Shown: positions 1-9,299, counted from the stretch's first letter. The stretch: DNA of 23,433 nt from Bacteroidales bacterium (GCA_028282585.1 JANQHR010000048.1:1-23433), one strand, 5' to 3'. Notes: generated by a model not told the origin, from the letters alone. Numbers and translations are program-made.

Positions 1-6
1 AACATA

Positions 7-984
7 TTGAAAAACGGATTTGTGGATAAGAAAATTGATAAAAGTATAGATGTGGTAGAAGAGATTAACAAGCTAAAAAAGGAGAAGAATGCGGTTATTC
101 TTGCACACTATTACCAAACTGGAGATATTCAGGATATAGCAGATTTTGTTGGAGATAGTTTAGCTTTATCACAAAAAGCTTCTGAAACTGATGCTGACAT
201 CATATTATTTGCTGGAGTTCATTTTATGGCAGAAACCGCAAAAATATTGGCACCAAATAGTAAAGTTTTAATTCCTGATTTAAATGCGGGGTGTTCTTTA
301 GCTGATTCTTGTCCACCAGAGGAATTTAAAAAATTTGTTGATGCACATCCGGATCATTTAGTAATTTCTTATGTAAATACAACGGCAGAAATAAAAACTT
401 TAACTGATATTTGTTGTACATCAACTAATGCTTTAAAAATTGTTGAATCTTTACCAAAAGATCAAAAGATAATATTTGCACCAGATCGAAATTTAGGTAG
501 TTATATAAAAAGAATGACTGGAAGAGAAGAAATGCTAATTTGGAATGGTGCATGTCATGTACACGAAGAATTTTCGTTAGAAGCTATTTTAGAACTAAAA
601 AAGGAATATCCAAACGCAAAAGTAATTTCTCATCCTGAATGTGAAAAACCAATTCAACTAATATCGGATTTTGTTGGGTCGACTGCGGCCTTATTAAAAT
701 TCACGGATACTGATGAAAATAATGAATATATCGTGGCAACAGAATCTGGAATTTTACATCAAATGAGAAAACAAAATCCGGAAAAAACTTATGTTGTTGC
801 ACCACCAAAAGATTCAACTTGTGGATGTAATGATTGTAATTTTATGAAGCTTATTACTATTAATAAAATTTACAACAGCCTTAAATACGAAACACCAGAA
901 GTTACTTTAAGCAACGATATAATAAATAAAGCAAAAAAGTCAATTGATGCAATGCTGGATATGTCAAAAAAATTAAATTTATAA
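7..984 (+). CDS. nadA: Quinolinate synthase A (4Fe-4S); true start may lie a few codons upstream of the window
   Basis: Motifs ILAHYYQ, GDSLALS, GVHFMAETAKIL, AGCSLAD, SYVNT, GACHVH, HPEC, CGCNDCNFMK. The frame is open back to base 1 (aac ata ttg), so the TTG start is uncertain. Confidence 0.96.
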   Translation: MKNGFVDKKIDKSIDVVEEINKLKKEKNAVILAHYYQTGDIQDIADFVGDSLALSQKASETDADIILFAGVHFMAETAKILAPNSKVLIPDLNAGCSLADSCPPEEFKKFVDAHPDHLVISYVNTTAEIKTLTDICCTSTNALKIVESLPKDQKIIFAPDRNLGSYIKRMTGREEMLIWNGACHVHEEFSLEAILELKKEYPNAKVISHPECEKPIQLISDFVGSTAALLKFTDTDENNEYIVATESGILHQMRKQNPEKTYVVAPPKDSTCGCNDCNFMKLITINKIYNSLKYETPEVTLSNDIINKAKKSIDAMLDMSKKLNL

Positions 985-1006
985 ATAGATTATAATTCAA
1001 ATTATA

Positions 1007-1032
1007 GGCAGGGAAATTCTCCCTGCTTTTTT
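1007..1032 (+). terminator. Rho-independent terminator after nadA
   Basis: GCAGGGA-aattc-TCCCTGC stem-loop followed by TTTTTT. Confidence 0.85.
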
Positions 1033-1062
1033 CGTACTTTTATAATCAATCAAAAATATGAT

Positions 1063-2610
1063 TTGAAAAGAATAATCGCCATATTGATTCTATTACATGC
1101 TTTTAAGTTATCTGGTGGACAAGAAGACGATGCAACACTTGATAAAGAATATAAAATATTTAATTATCCAAACGGAAATATTGCAAGCGAAGGTTATTTA
1201 TACGAAAATAAGCCAACTGGATTTTGGAAATCTTACTATATAACTGGTGTAAAAAAATCAGAGGGCATTTGGAGAAAGAGTAAATTGGATAGTATTTGGA
1301 TTTTTTATAATCAGCTTGGTGATACAACAGAAAAAATAAATTATTTTTTGGGAAAGAAAAATGGTTTTAGTTATAAATATTTTAGAAATGAGGAATTTAA
1401 AAATAGGATTGCTATTATAGAGTTATACATAAATGGCAAAAGAAATGGTGTTGCTAGTTATTATTATGGCAATGGAAAATTGAAAGTTACGATTCCTTAT
1501 AAAAATAATAAAAAAAGTGGTGTTGGTTTTGAATATACAGAAGATGGTACTGTTATTTCAATTACTAGATATAGGAATGGAGAAATTATAGTTAAAGAAA
1601 ACGTTAATAGGTATAACGAAAAAGGAAATAAAGATGGAATTTGGAAGGATTTTTATTCAAATGGGAATGTAAGAGAGGAAAAAACATACTTAAACGGAAA
1701 ATTGAATGGGTATGTAAAAAGATATAATGATGATGGTAGATTAGTTAGTAGTATTAAGTATAGTGGCGGAAAAGTAGATTTAAGTGCGAAAGAATTTGAA
1801 ACTGACATAGAAATAAGAGAGGAATATGATGAAAATGGTAATATCACTTTTCAAGGGAGTTTTAAAGGATTGAATCCTGTGGGTATTCATAGATTTTTTA
1901 GTACGGAAGGTAAGGTTATTAGATCGAATACTTATGATATTGGTGGATTATTGGTGGCTGAAGGTGTAATTTTTCCGAATGGTTGGAAAAATGGTGATTG
2001 GATTTATTATTATGGGAGTGGTAAAGAGCAAATAAAAGGAAAATATATTAATGACAAGAGGTCCGGAAAATGGATATATTATTATAAAAATGGAAAGATT
2101 CAACAAACAGGAGGTTACTCAAATGATAAATTAACAGGAATATGGAAGTGGTATTATGATACTGGCGAATTATTAAGGGAAGAATATTACATATATGGAA
2201 AATTAGATGGCGAAAGTATTGAATATTCAGTTTTGGGAGAGGTAATTTCAAAAGGGAATTATATAGAAGGAAATAAGGAAGGTAAATGGATATATGTTGT
2301 TGGGGATCAAAAAATGGAAGGGCAATATACCGTTGGTTTAAAGGACGGTATGTGGAAGAGTTCGTACATAGAAGAAGAAACGTTAAGTTTTAGGGGAAGA
2401 TATTTGCAAGGTAATCCAGAAGGAAAACACGAATATTTCTATCCGGATGGTACATTAAAAGAAGAGCGATATTATAGTGAGGGAGAGAAGGTAAAATCAT
2501 GGTCAAAATATAATAACAGAGGAGAATTAGTAATAGTTGTGCAATATAGAGGTGGATTGCCATATAAAATTAATGGAGTAAAAGTAAAACTAAATCAAGA
2601 GGAAATTTAG
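1063..2610 (+). CDS. Exported MORN-variant (YwqK-like) repeat protein
   Basis: N-terminal signal-like peptide MKRIIAILILLHAF, then about 18 repeats of ~24 aa of type GxWxxYYxNGxxxxxGxYxNGxxx (e.g. GKWIYYYKNGKIQQTGGYSNDKLT). Confidence 0.85.
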   Translation: MKRIIAILILLHAFKLSGGQEDDATLDKEYKIFNYPNGNIASEGYLYENKPTGFWKSYYITGVKKSEGIWRKSKLDSIWIFYNQLGDTTEKINYFLGKKNGFSYKYFRNEEFKNRIAIIELYINGKRNGVASYYYGNGKLKVTIPYKNNKKSGVGFEYTEDGTVISITRYRNGEIIVKENVNRYNEKGNKDGIWKDFYSNGNVREEKTYLNGKLNGYVKRYNDDGRLVSSIKYSGGKVDLSAKEFETDIEIREEYDENGNITFQGSFKGLNPVGIHRFFSTEGKVIRSNTYDIGGLLVAEGVIFPNGWKNGDWIYYYGSGKEQIKGKYINDKRSGKWIYYYKNGKIQQTGGYSNDKLTGIWKWYYDTGELLREEYYIYGKLDGESIEYSVLGEVISKGNYIEGNKEGKWIYVVGDQKMEGQYTVGLKDGMWKSSYIEEETLSFRGRYLQGNPEGKHEYFYPDGTLKEERYYSEGEKVKSWSKYNNRGELVIVVQYRGGLPYKINGVKVKLNQEEI

Positions 2611-2616
2611 TTTTTG

Positions 2617-2624
2617 TAACTTTG
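2617..2624 (+). promoter_or_regulatory. Bacteroidota primary-sigma -7 element upstream of ruvB
   Basis: TAACTTTG matches TAnnTTTG, 17 nt before the ATG. Confidence 0.6.
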
Positions 2625-2641
2625 GCTACAAATTACTTTAA

Positions 2642-3679
2642 ATGGAAAATATAGATATAAGAGATTTATCTGAAAATAGTGCTGAATTATCAGAGAAGGA
2701 ACAAGAGTTTGAAAAGAAATTGCGTCCGCTTGATTTTAATGATTTTAGAGGTCAATCAAAGGTTGTAGAAAACTTGAAAGTTTTTGTCAAAGCCGCAAAA
2801 ATGCGAAATGAATCTTTAGATCATGTATTATTACACGGACCTCCCGGATTAGGAAAAACAACTTTAGCAAATATTATTGCAAATGAATTAAACGTAAACC
2901 TCAAATTAACTTCGGGACCTGTTTTGGATAAACCTGGCGATTTAGCGGGTTTATTAACAAATCTGGAAGAAGGAGATGTTTTATTTATTGATGAGATACA
3001 TAGATTAAGCCCCGTAGTTGAAGAGTATCTTTACTCGGCCATGGAAGATTATAAAATAGATATAATGATAGATAAGGGTCCCAGCGCTAGATCGGTACAA
3101 ATTACGTTAAGTGCCTTTACTTTAATTGGTGCAACAACACGGTCAGGTTTGCTGACAAGTCCTCTTCGGGCAAGATTTGGAATTAGTTCTCATTTAGAAT
3201 ATTACGATTTTAAGATATTAACTTCTATTGTAAAAAGATCTGCAGGAATTTTAAATGTAGATATTAAAGATGATGCAGCTATAGAAATTGCTTCGAGGTC
3301 AAGAGGTACTCCAAGAATTGCGAATGCTTTGTTGCGGCGCGTTAGAGATTTTGCTCAAGTGAAAGGAAATGGTAATATTGATATAGAAATTTCAAAATTT
3401 GCGTTGGAGGCATTAAATATTGATAAAAACGGATTGGATGAAATGGATAACAAGATATTATCTACAATAATTGATAAATTTAAAGGAGGGCCGGTTGGAA
3501 TTTCAACTATAGCAACAGCCATAGGTGAAGATCCGGGAACTATTGAAGAAGTATACGAACCATTTTTAATTAAAGAGGGTTATTTAAAAAGAACTCCAAG
3601 GGGAAGAGAAGCTACGGAGACTTCATATACTCATTTAAATAAGAGTATTACAAAAGGAGACCAAGGAAGTCTATTTTAA
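2642..3679 (+). CDS. ruvB: Holliday junction branch migration helicase RuvB
   Basis: LRP, Walker [49 protein letters not shown]. Confidence 0.98.
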   Translation: MENIDIRDLSENSAELSEKEQEFEKKLRPLDFNDFRGQSKVVENLKVFVKAAKMRNESLDHVLLHGPPGLGKTTLANIIANELNVNLKLTSGPVLDKPGDLAGLLTNLEEGDVLFIDEIHRLSPVVEEYLYSAMEDYKIDIMIDKGPSARSVQITLSAFTLIGATTRSGLLTSPLRARFGISSHLEYYDFKILTSIVKRSAGILNVDIKDDAAIEIASRSRGTPRIANALLRRVRDFAQVKGNGNIDIEISKFALEALNIDKNGLDEMDNKILSTIIDKFKGGPVGISTIATAIGEDPGTIEEVYEPFLIKEGYLKRTPRGREATETSYTHLNKSITKGDQGSLF

Positions 3680-3681
3680 TA

Positions 3682-4041
3682 ATGAATATAGATTCCATAT
3701 TAGCAACGATTAAAGAATATTTCGCTCCTAAAATTATAGGTGAAGTAAATGATGTATATGTAAAAGTAGCAAAAATTAAAGGAAGTGATCTTCCGTGGCA
3801 TAATCATCCAAAAGAAGATGAATTTTTTTACATTCTAGATGGAGAGTTACTAATGGAGGTAGAAGGAAAGAAGAGCTTTAAAATAGGTCGTGGTGATTTT
3901 TATATTGTAAAGAAAGGTATTAAACATAGAGTGTCTTCAAGTAAAGAATGTAAAATAATGCTTATAGAAAATAAATCAACAGCCCATACTGGTGAAGTAA
4001 AATCAAAAATAACTAAAAGTATTGATGAGCAGCTTAGTTAA
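3682..4041 (+). CDS. Cupin domain protein
   Basis: WHNHPKEDEFFYILDG and GIKHR cupin metal-binding motifs; starts 2 nt after the ruvB stop. Confidence 0.88.
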   Translation: MNIDSILATIKEYFAPKIIGEVNDVYVKVAKIKGSDLPWHNHPKEDEFFYILDGELLMEVEGKKSFKIGRGDFYIVKKGIKHRVSSSKECKIMLIENKSTAHTGEVKSKITKSIDEQLS

Positions 4042-4741
4042 AAGCATTAGAGATTTTCTCGAGGGTTTTTACATCAAGAATTTTAATTTTCCTTCCATTA
4101 AGATCAATTAATCGATCTTGCTTAAATTCCGAAAGTAATCTAATAACTGACTCTGTTGCAGTTCCGACAATATTAGCTAATTCTTCTCTGGTTAATGAAA
4201 TTTTAAGAACATTATCTTCATCTAAATCAAAAGTATCTTTAAGATTTAATAGTACTTCTGCTAATCTTTCGCGGACTGTTTTCTGAGCAATATCTGTAAT
4301 ATATGAGTTAGCTTCACCTAATTCCTTACAAGTTTGTTGCATAATGGCCATCGAAAAATTACCATTGGTTTTAACAAGGTTAACTAGTGTCTCGCCAGGT
4401 ATAAAACACAGGGTAGCATCTTCGATAACTTTTGCAGAAGAACAGGCTAATTCACTACTTAAAATGGAACGATAACCAATTATACCACCTTTTTGGGCAA
4501 AAGCTATAATTTGTTCCCGGCCATCAATTCCAGTTTTAAAAATTTTAACAATTCCTGAATTTATACAATAGAACCCATTAGTGCGGCTACCTTCATGATA
4601 AATTACACTACCTCTCTTATAGGTATTACATACTTTTTCTTTTTCTACTAAAGCATGTTCTTCCTGGGAAAGATGCTTAAAAATAGAATCCGCACTTAGC
4701 AAACAATTATCGCAAGAGGGTATATTTTCCCGATTTTTCAT
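4034..4741 (-). CDS. Crp/Fnr family transcriptional regulator (Cys-rich, FNR-like)
   Basis: cNMP-binding fold (YCINSGIVKI, GREQI), RERLA, HTH LTREELANIVGTATESVIRLLSEF; N-terminal CDNC. Confidence 0.93.
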   Translation of the reverse strand: MKNRENIPSCDNCLLSADSIFKHLSQEEHALVEKEKVCNTYKRGSVIYHEGSRTNGFYCINSGIVKIFKTGIDGREQIIAFAQKGGIIGYRSILSSELACSSAKVIEDATLCFIPGETLVNLVKTNGNFSMAIMQQTCKELGEANSYITDIAQKTVRERLAEVLLNLKDTFDLDEDNVLKISLTREELANIVGTATESVIRLLSEFKQDRLIDLNGRKIKILDVKTLEKISNAFN

Positions 4742-4822
4742 TATTTAATACCTCGACCAATTTAAGTATTTTAAAATCAGTCTTTAATGATTAACTTTAC
4801 CTAAATCTTAATAGATAGAACA

Positions 4823-4830
4823 CAAAATTA
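4823..4830 (-). promoter_or_regulatory. Candidate -7 element for the Crp/Fnr gene (second copy at 4887-4894)
   Basis: CAAAATTA on + is TAATTTTG on -, matching TAnnTTTG. Confidence 0.5.
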
Positions 4831-4876
4831 AGTTTTTTGTTTTAATAACAACAATTTAGAATATAGATTTTAACGC

Positions 4877-4884
4877 TATATTTG
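4877..4884 (+). promoter_or_regulatory. -7 element upstream of the OsmC/YhfA gene
   Basis: TATATTTG(CA) matches TAnnTTTG. Confidence 0.65.
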
Positions 4885-4939
4885 CACAAAATTATATATA
4901 AAAATATCTAGAAATATAGAAATAATAGGAAGTAATATT

Positions 4940-5362
4940 ATGAAAACATCTTTAAATTTAAATTGGTTGGAGGAAATGGCTTTCGAAAGTGAAGTTAATG
5001 GTCATAAAATGATTTTAGACGCAGATGAATCGGTTGGTGGAATGGATAAAGGTCCTAGACCAAAACCGATGATGCTATTGGCTTTAGCCGGTTGTACCGG
5101 AATGGACGTAGTGTCTTTACTAAAAAAAATGCGCGTTGAACTGGATAATTTTAGTATAGAAGTGGAAGCAAATTTAACAGAAGAGCACCCAAAACAATAT
5201 GATGAAATGAAAGTTATATACAAATTTTGGGGTAAGGATTTACCAATGGAAAAATTGAAAAAAGCGGTAGACTTGTCTTATGAAAGGTATTGCGGTGTTA
5301 GTGCGGTATATAAAAAAGCTTTAAAAATGTCAAATGAAATTCAAGTAAATCCAGATAAATAA
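4940..5362 (+). CDS. OsmC/YhfA family protein
   Basis: GPRPKPMMLLALAGCTGMDV and ERYCGVS: the two conserved Cys motifs of the OsmC/Ohr superfamily, YhfA-type. Confidence 0.92.
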   Translation: MKTSLNLNWLEEMAFESEVNGHKMILDADESVGGMDKGPRPKPMMLLALAGCTGMDVVSLLKKMRVELDNFSIEVEANLTEEHPKQYDEMKVIYKFWGKDLPMEKLKKAVDLSYERYCGVSAVYKKALKMSNEIQVNPDK

Positions 5363-5394
5363 AAAAGGCTCATTGTAATGTGAGCCTTAATTTT
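5361..5394. terminator. Probably bidirectional terminator between the convergent OsmC-family gene and pheS
   Basis: AAGGCTCA-N8-TGAGCCTT with an A-run on the left (U-tract on -) and a T-rich tract on the right. Confidence 0.8.
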
Positions 5395-5404
5395 ATGTTA
5401 TAGG

Positions 5405-6424
5405 TTACAATGCAGACTTAAATTGTTTTAAAAATCGCACATCATTCTCAAAGTAAAGGCGAAGATCTTTAACTCCATATTTTAGCATAGTTATTCGCTC
5501 TATTCCCATACCAAATGCAAAACCAGTATATATTTTACTATCAATTCCACAACTATCTAAAACATTAGGATCAACCATACCGCAACCCAGTATTTCAAGC
5601 CAGCCCGTATATTTACATACGTTACAACCTTTTCCGTTACAAATATTACAAGCAACATCCATTTCGGCAGAAGGTTCTGTAAATGGGAAATAAGAAGGGC
5701 GGAGTCTTATTTCGGTTTTTTCACCAAACATTTCTTTGGCAAAATAAAGTAAAGTTTGTTTTAGATCAGCAAAAGAAACATTTTCATCAATATATAATCC
5801 TTCAACCTGATGGAAAATGCAATGAGCACGGGCACTAATTGCTTCATTTCTAAAAACTCTACCTGGCGAAATTGTTCTGATGGGAGGCTGAGAGTTCTCC
5901 ATAACGCGAACTTGAACCGAAGACGTGTGCGTTCGTAATAAAATATCTGGGTTCTTTTCAATAAAAAAAGTGTCTTGCATATCACGGGCAGGATGTTCTT
6001 CCGGAAAATTCAAAGCAGAAAAAACATGCCAGTCATCTTCAATTTCAGGTCCTTCGGAAATAGTAAAACCCAATCTTTTGAAAATATCAATAATTTCATT
6101 TCTAACAATAGAAATGGGATGGCGTGTTCCGATTTTAGCAGGATCACCGGGTAAACTTAAATCGGCGCCTGATGCAGTATCTGATTTATCTTCGAGATTG
6201 GCTTTTAAACTATTAATTTTTTCTTGAATAGAAACCTTTAGTTCATTTAATTTTTGTCCAACACCTTTTTTGTTTTCACGTGGAACATTTTTAAACTCTG
6301 AGAAAAGATCATTAACTAGTCCTTTCTTTCCCATGTACTTAATACGAAATGCTTCAATTTCTTCAAGGGTTACAGCAGTAAATACTTTGGTTTCCTTTAA
6401 ATATTGATCAATCTTTTCTATCAT
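5405..6424 (-). CDS. pheS: Phenylalanine--tRNA ligase alpha subunit
   Basis: HPARDMQDTF, LLRTHTS, FHQVEGL, RPSYFPFTEPSAE, GFAFGMGIER; CxxC..GCxxC insert. Confidence 0.98.
   Translation of the reverse strand: MIEKIDQYLKETKVFTAVTLEEIEAFRIKYMGKKGLVNDLFSEFKNVPRENKKGVGQKLNELKVSIQEKINSLKANLEDKSDTASGADLSLPGDPAKIGTRHPISIVRNEIIDIFKRLGFTISEGPEIEDDWHVFSALNFPEEHPARDMQDTFFIEKNPDILLRTHTSSVQVRVMENSQPPIRTISPGRVFRNEAISARAHCIFHQVEGLYIDENVSFADLKQTLLYFAKEMFGEKTEIRLRPSYFPFTEPSAEMDVACNICNGKGCNVCKYTGWLEILGCGMVDPNVLDSCGIDSKIYTGFAFGMGIERITMLKYGVKDLRLYFENDVRFLKQFKSAL
6272..6287. promoter_or_regulatory. Degenerate parS-like site inside pheS
   Basis: GTTTTCACGTGGAACA is 14/16 to TGTTTCACGTGGAACA, with one half-site perfect. 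Confidence 0.45.
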
Positions 6425-6431
6425 TTCTTAC

Positions 6432-7244
6432 TTATAATTTTATAATCCTCATTTTAACATCTTTTATTGGTCTGTCGTTTTCATCAGTTTCAACCGCAGC
6501 TATTTTATCAATTACATCTAATCCTTCTATTACTTCGCCAAAAACAGTATAAGCATTATCAAGATGAGGAATTCCGCCAACGGTTTGATAAACTTGACGT
6601 TTAAAATCAGGTAGTTTAAAATACCCTTCCTCTTTAAATTTTTCTTCAGCTTTTTTTCTGGCTTCAGGCAAAATTACTTCATAATCGATTATACCACCCG
6701 TTTCGAAAGCCACGTTTTTAGCTTCATCAATGTATTTGGTAACTAGTTTATTTAGGCGTGAAGCATTAATTCTATCTTCGACTTTTTCAACATCTTCATC
6801 TGTAAAAACATAACCTTGAGCAATATAGAACTGAGAACCAGCTGATCTCATTTCAGGATTTACATCATCTCCCTGTCTTGCAGCAGCAATTACGCCCTTT
6901 TTATGAAAAATGGTATCGATAAATTCAGCAGGAATTGTATATCCTGGTCCACCTTCACCTAACATTACTCCGGGTTCCGCATTTCTTGAATCAGGATCAC
7001 CACCCTGAATCATAAATTTGTTTATGACACGATGAAAAAGTAAATCATCAAAATATCCTTGTTCAATAAGTTTTGTAAAATTCTCTTTATGAAGTGGAGT
7101 CGCATCATAAAGTTTAAAAATCATATTACCATATTCGGTCTCAATCTTGTAAAGTTGATCCATGTCTTTTTTTGACGGTTTTTCAACCTGGCAAGAAAAA
7201 ATAAATACAGAAAGAATTAACGGTAGAATAAAAATCTTTTTCAT
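6432..7244 (-). CDS. Cyclophilin-type peptidyl-prolyl cis-trans isomerase, predicted lipoprotein
   Basis: Lipobox IFSC; FHRVINKFMIQGGDP, GSQFYI, HLDNAYTVFGEVIEGLDV; large internal insert between GSQFYI and GGIPHLD. Confidence 0.93.
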   Translation of the reverse strand: MKKIFILPLILSVFIFSCQVEKPSKKDMDQLYKIETEYGNMIFKLYDATPLHKENFTKLIEQGYFDDLLFHRVINKFMIQGGDPDSRNAEPGVMLGEGGPGYTIPAEFIDTIFHKKGVIAAARQGDDVNPEMRSAGSQFYIAQGYVFTDEDVEKVEDRINASRLNKLVTKYIDEAKNVAFETGGIIDYEVILPEARKKAEEKFKEEGYFKLPDFKRQVYQTVGGIPHLDNAYTVFGEVIEGLDVIDKIAAVETDENDRPIKDVKMRIIKL

Positions 7245-7267
7245 AACATGATATTTTAATTAAAAAG

Positions 7268-7275
7268 CAAAAATA
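7268..7275 (-). promoter_or_regulatory. -7 element for the ppi-pheS transcript
   Basis: CAAAAATA on + is TATTTTTG on -, 23 nt before the ATG at 7244. Confidence 0.6.
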
Positions 7276-7411
7276 GAAACAATTAGTAATTAAATAAAAT
7301 ACTAACTAATAATTTAATATAATCAGGGTGTTAATATTTAAAATTGTAATTATTATGATAATAATAGAACAAAGTTTTATTTTGTAAGATTAATAAAACG
7401 ACAGTATAAAA

Positions 7412-8875
7412 TTGAGTCAAATAAAAAAATTAGCAGGACAAACAGTTATATACGGACTTAGCAATATGTTGGGCCGTTTTTTAAACTATTTGTTAGTTCC
7501 ACTACATACAATGGTGTTGGGAAAATTTTTCTATGGACAGCTGACCTACATTTATAGTAGTACAGCAATTTTGCTTGTTTTATTGACTTATGGTATGGAA
7601 ACAGGTTTCTTTAGGTTTGCCAGTAGAAAAGAGGAAAACTATGGTAAAGTTTTAGGAACCAGCCTGTATTCAATTGTAACTACTACAATGATATTTTTAA
7701 TACTTTCTATTCTTTTGAAAAATCAGTGGCAAGAATATTTTGGAGTAGAAAGTGGTAAAATAGTGATTTATTTTATATTGATAATTTCGTTAGACGTTTT
7801 AAATGCTATTCCATTTGCAAAACTTAGAATTGACGAACGTCCAATAAAATTTATGATCATAAAACTATTCGGAATTTTCATAAATATAGGACTGAACCTA
7901 TTTTATCTTATACTATGTAGAAAACTCTCGGAATCTGGAGGAGAAGGATTTTTAGCAAGATTATATAAACAAGAACTTGTTTTGAATTATGTCTTAATCG
8001 CTAACCTCATAAGTAGTGCATTAACATTTATTATTTTGTTGCCTGAAATTGTAAAATTCAAACCCTCATTTGATTTTGACTTATTAAAAAGAATGTTAAA
8101 ATATTCTTTACCAATTTTATTAATTGGATTAGCAGGACAGTTTAACGATCAAATAGATAAATTACTAATCCCAAATCTAATAAATGATCCAAACCCGATA
8201 GAACAGCTGGGAATTTACGGTGCCAATTTTAAATTATCAATTCTGATGGTACTTTTCATACAAATGTTTCGTTATGCAGCTGAACCGTTTTTCTTTAAAA
8301 ATGCAGAAAATAAAGATGCAAAAAAACTATATGCGATTGTGATGAATTATTTTATTATTTTCGGATTGATAATATTCTTAAGTGTAACCTTTTATATTGA
8401 TGTTTTAAAATACTTTATAGCCGACGAATTTAGAGAGGGTCTTTTCGTAGTTCCAATATTATTGATTGCTAAGCTTATTTTTGGAATTTTATTTAGTTTA
8501 TCAATTTGGTACAAAGTAACTGATAAAACTCAATATGGGATTATCGTAGCAGTAACGGGTGCAATAATTACAGTTATATTGAATATTGTATTATTACCTA
8601 GAATTGGTTATTTAGGATCGGCTATAGCTAGTTTAATTAGTTATAGCATAATGCTAATTGTTTCATATTCTTTGAGTATAAAGCATTATTTAATTAAGTA
8701 CAATTTTAAAAAGATTAGTTTTTATTTTACTTTGGCATTCGGATTATTCGCAATTAGTAAATTAATATTTAATCAAAATAATTGGATTTATTATAGCATC
8801 GTTACAATTATGCTGATTGGATTTATAGGAATAGCATTTATTATTGAGAAAAAAACTTTATACAATGAAAATTAA
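7412..8875 (+). CDS. MOP-superfamily (Wzx/MurJ-like) oligosaccharide flippase
   Basis: About 12-14 hydrophobic segments; [38 protein letters not shown]; TTG start. Confidence 0.85.
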   Translation: MSQIKKLAGQTVIYGLSNMLGRFLNYLLVPLHTMVLGKFFYGQLTYIYSSTAILLVLLTYGMETGFFRFASRKEENYGKVLGTSLYSIVTTTMIFLILSILLKNQWQEYFGVESGKIVIYFILIISLDVLNAIPFAKLRIDERPIKFMIIKLFGIFINIGLNLFYLILCRKLSESGGEGFLARLYKQELVLNYVLIANLISSALTFIILLPEIVKFKPSFDFDLLKRMLKYSLPILLIGLAGQFNDQIDKLLIPNLINDPNPIEQLGIYGANFKLSILMVLFIQMFRYAAEPFFFKNAENKDAKKLYAIVMNYFIIFGLIIFLSVTFYIDVLKYFIADEFREGLFVVPILLIAKLIFGILFSLSIWYKVTDKTQYGIIVAVTGAIITVILNIVLLPRIGYLGSAIASLISYSIMLIVSYSLSIKHYLIKYNFKKISFYFTLAFGLFAISKLIFNQNNWIYYSIVTIMLIGFIGIAFIIEKKTLYNEN

Positions 8876-9299
8876 GATCGTAAACAAATCTGATAATCCC
8901 TTACCAGGATATAGCACTGACCATTCTGCAGGAATGGATTTGAGAGCATATATTAATGGACCAATAACGTTAAATCCATTAGAACGGACTTTAATACCAA
9001 CTGGGTTATTTATTGAATTGCCTGTAGGTTATGAAGCTCAGGTTCGTCCGCGTAGTGGTTTGGCGTTAAAGAAAGGTTTATCGGTATTAAATACCCCTGG
9101 AACGATAGATGCTGATTATCGTGGTGAAATTGGTGTAATTTTGATTAATCTTTCTAACGAGAAAGTAATTATAGAAAGTGGAGAGCGAATCTGTCAAATG
9201 GTCATAGCTAGACATGAACAGGCAGAATTAATTCAGGTTGAAGTTTTGAACGAGACTGATCGGGGGGCCGGAGGGTTTGGAAGTACCGGAGTAAAATAA
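8865..9299 (+). CDS. dut: dUTP diphosphatase
   Basis: [42 protein letters not shown]; ATG 8865 (MKIKIVN) preferred, overlapping the flippase 3' end by 11 nt. Confidence 0.97.
   Translation: MKIKIVNKSDNPLPGYSTDHSAGMDLRAYINGPITLNPLERTLIPTGLFIELPVGYEAQVRPRSGLALKKGLSVLNTPGTIDADYRGEIGVILINLSNEKVIIESGERICQMVIARHEQAELIQVEVLNETDRGAGGFGSTGVK

Noticed and set aside
1063-2610. MORN-repeat gene as a toxin-antitoxin antitoxin or DGR target
   Set aside because: No toxin, reverse transcriptase or template repeat in the window; repeats are diverged at DNA level.
4775-4792. AATCA-N8-TGATT as an FNR/CRP autoregulatory box
   Set aside because: Half-sites are in the wrong order and spacing relative to TTGAT-N4-ATCAA.
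5620-5655. CxxC-xxx-GCxxC insert in PheS
   Set aside because: Common in Bacteroidota and Firmicutes PheS; not unusual.
7349-7365. ATTATTAT-G-ATAATAAT palindrome, superficially Fur-like
   Set aside because: Low-complexity ATT/AAT triplets in extremely AT-rich DNA, with arm orientation opposite to the 7-1-7 Fur box.
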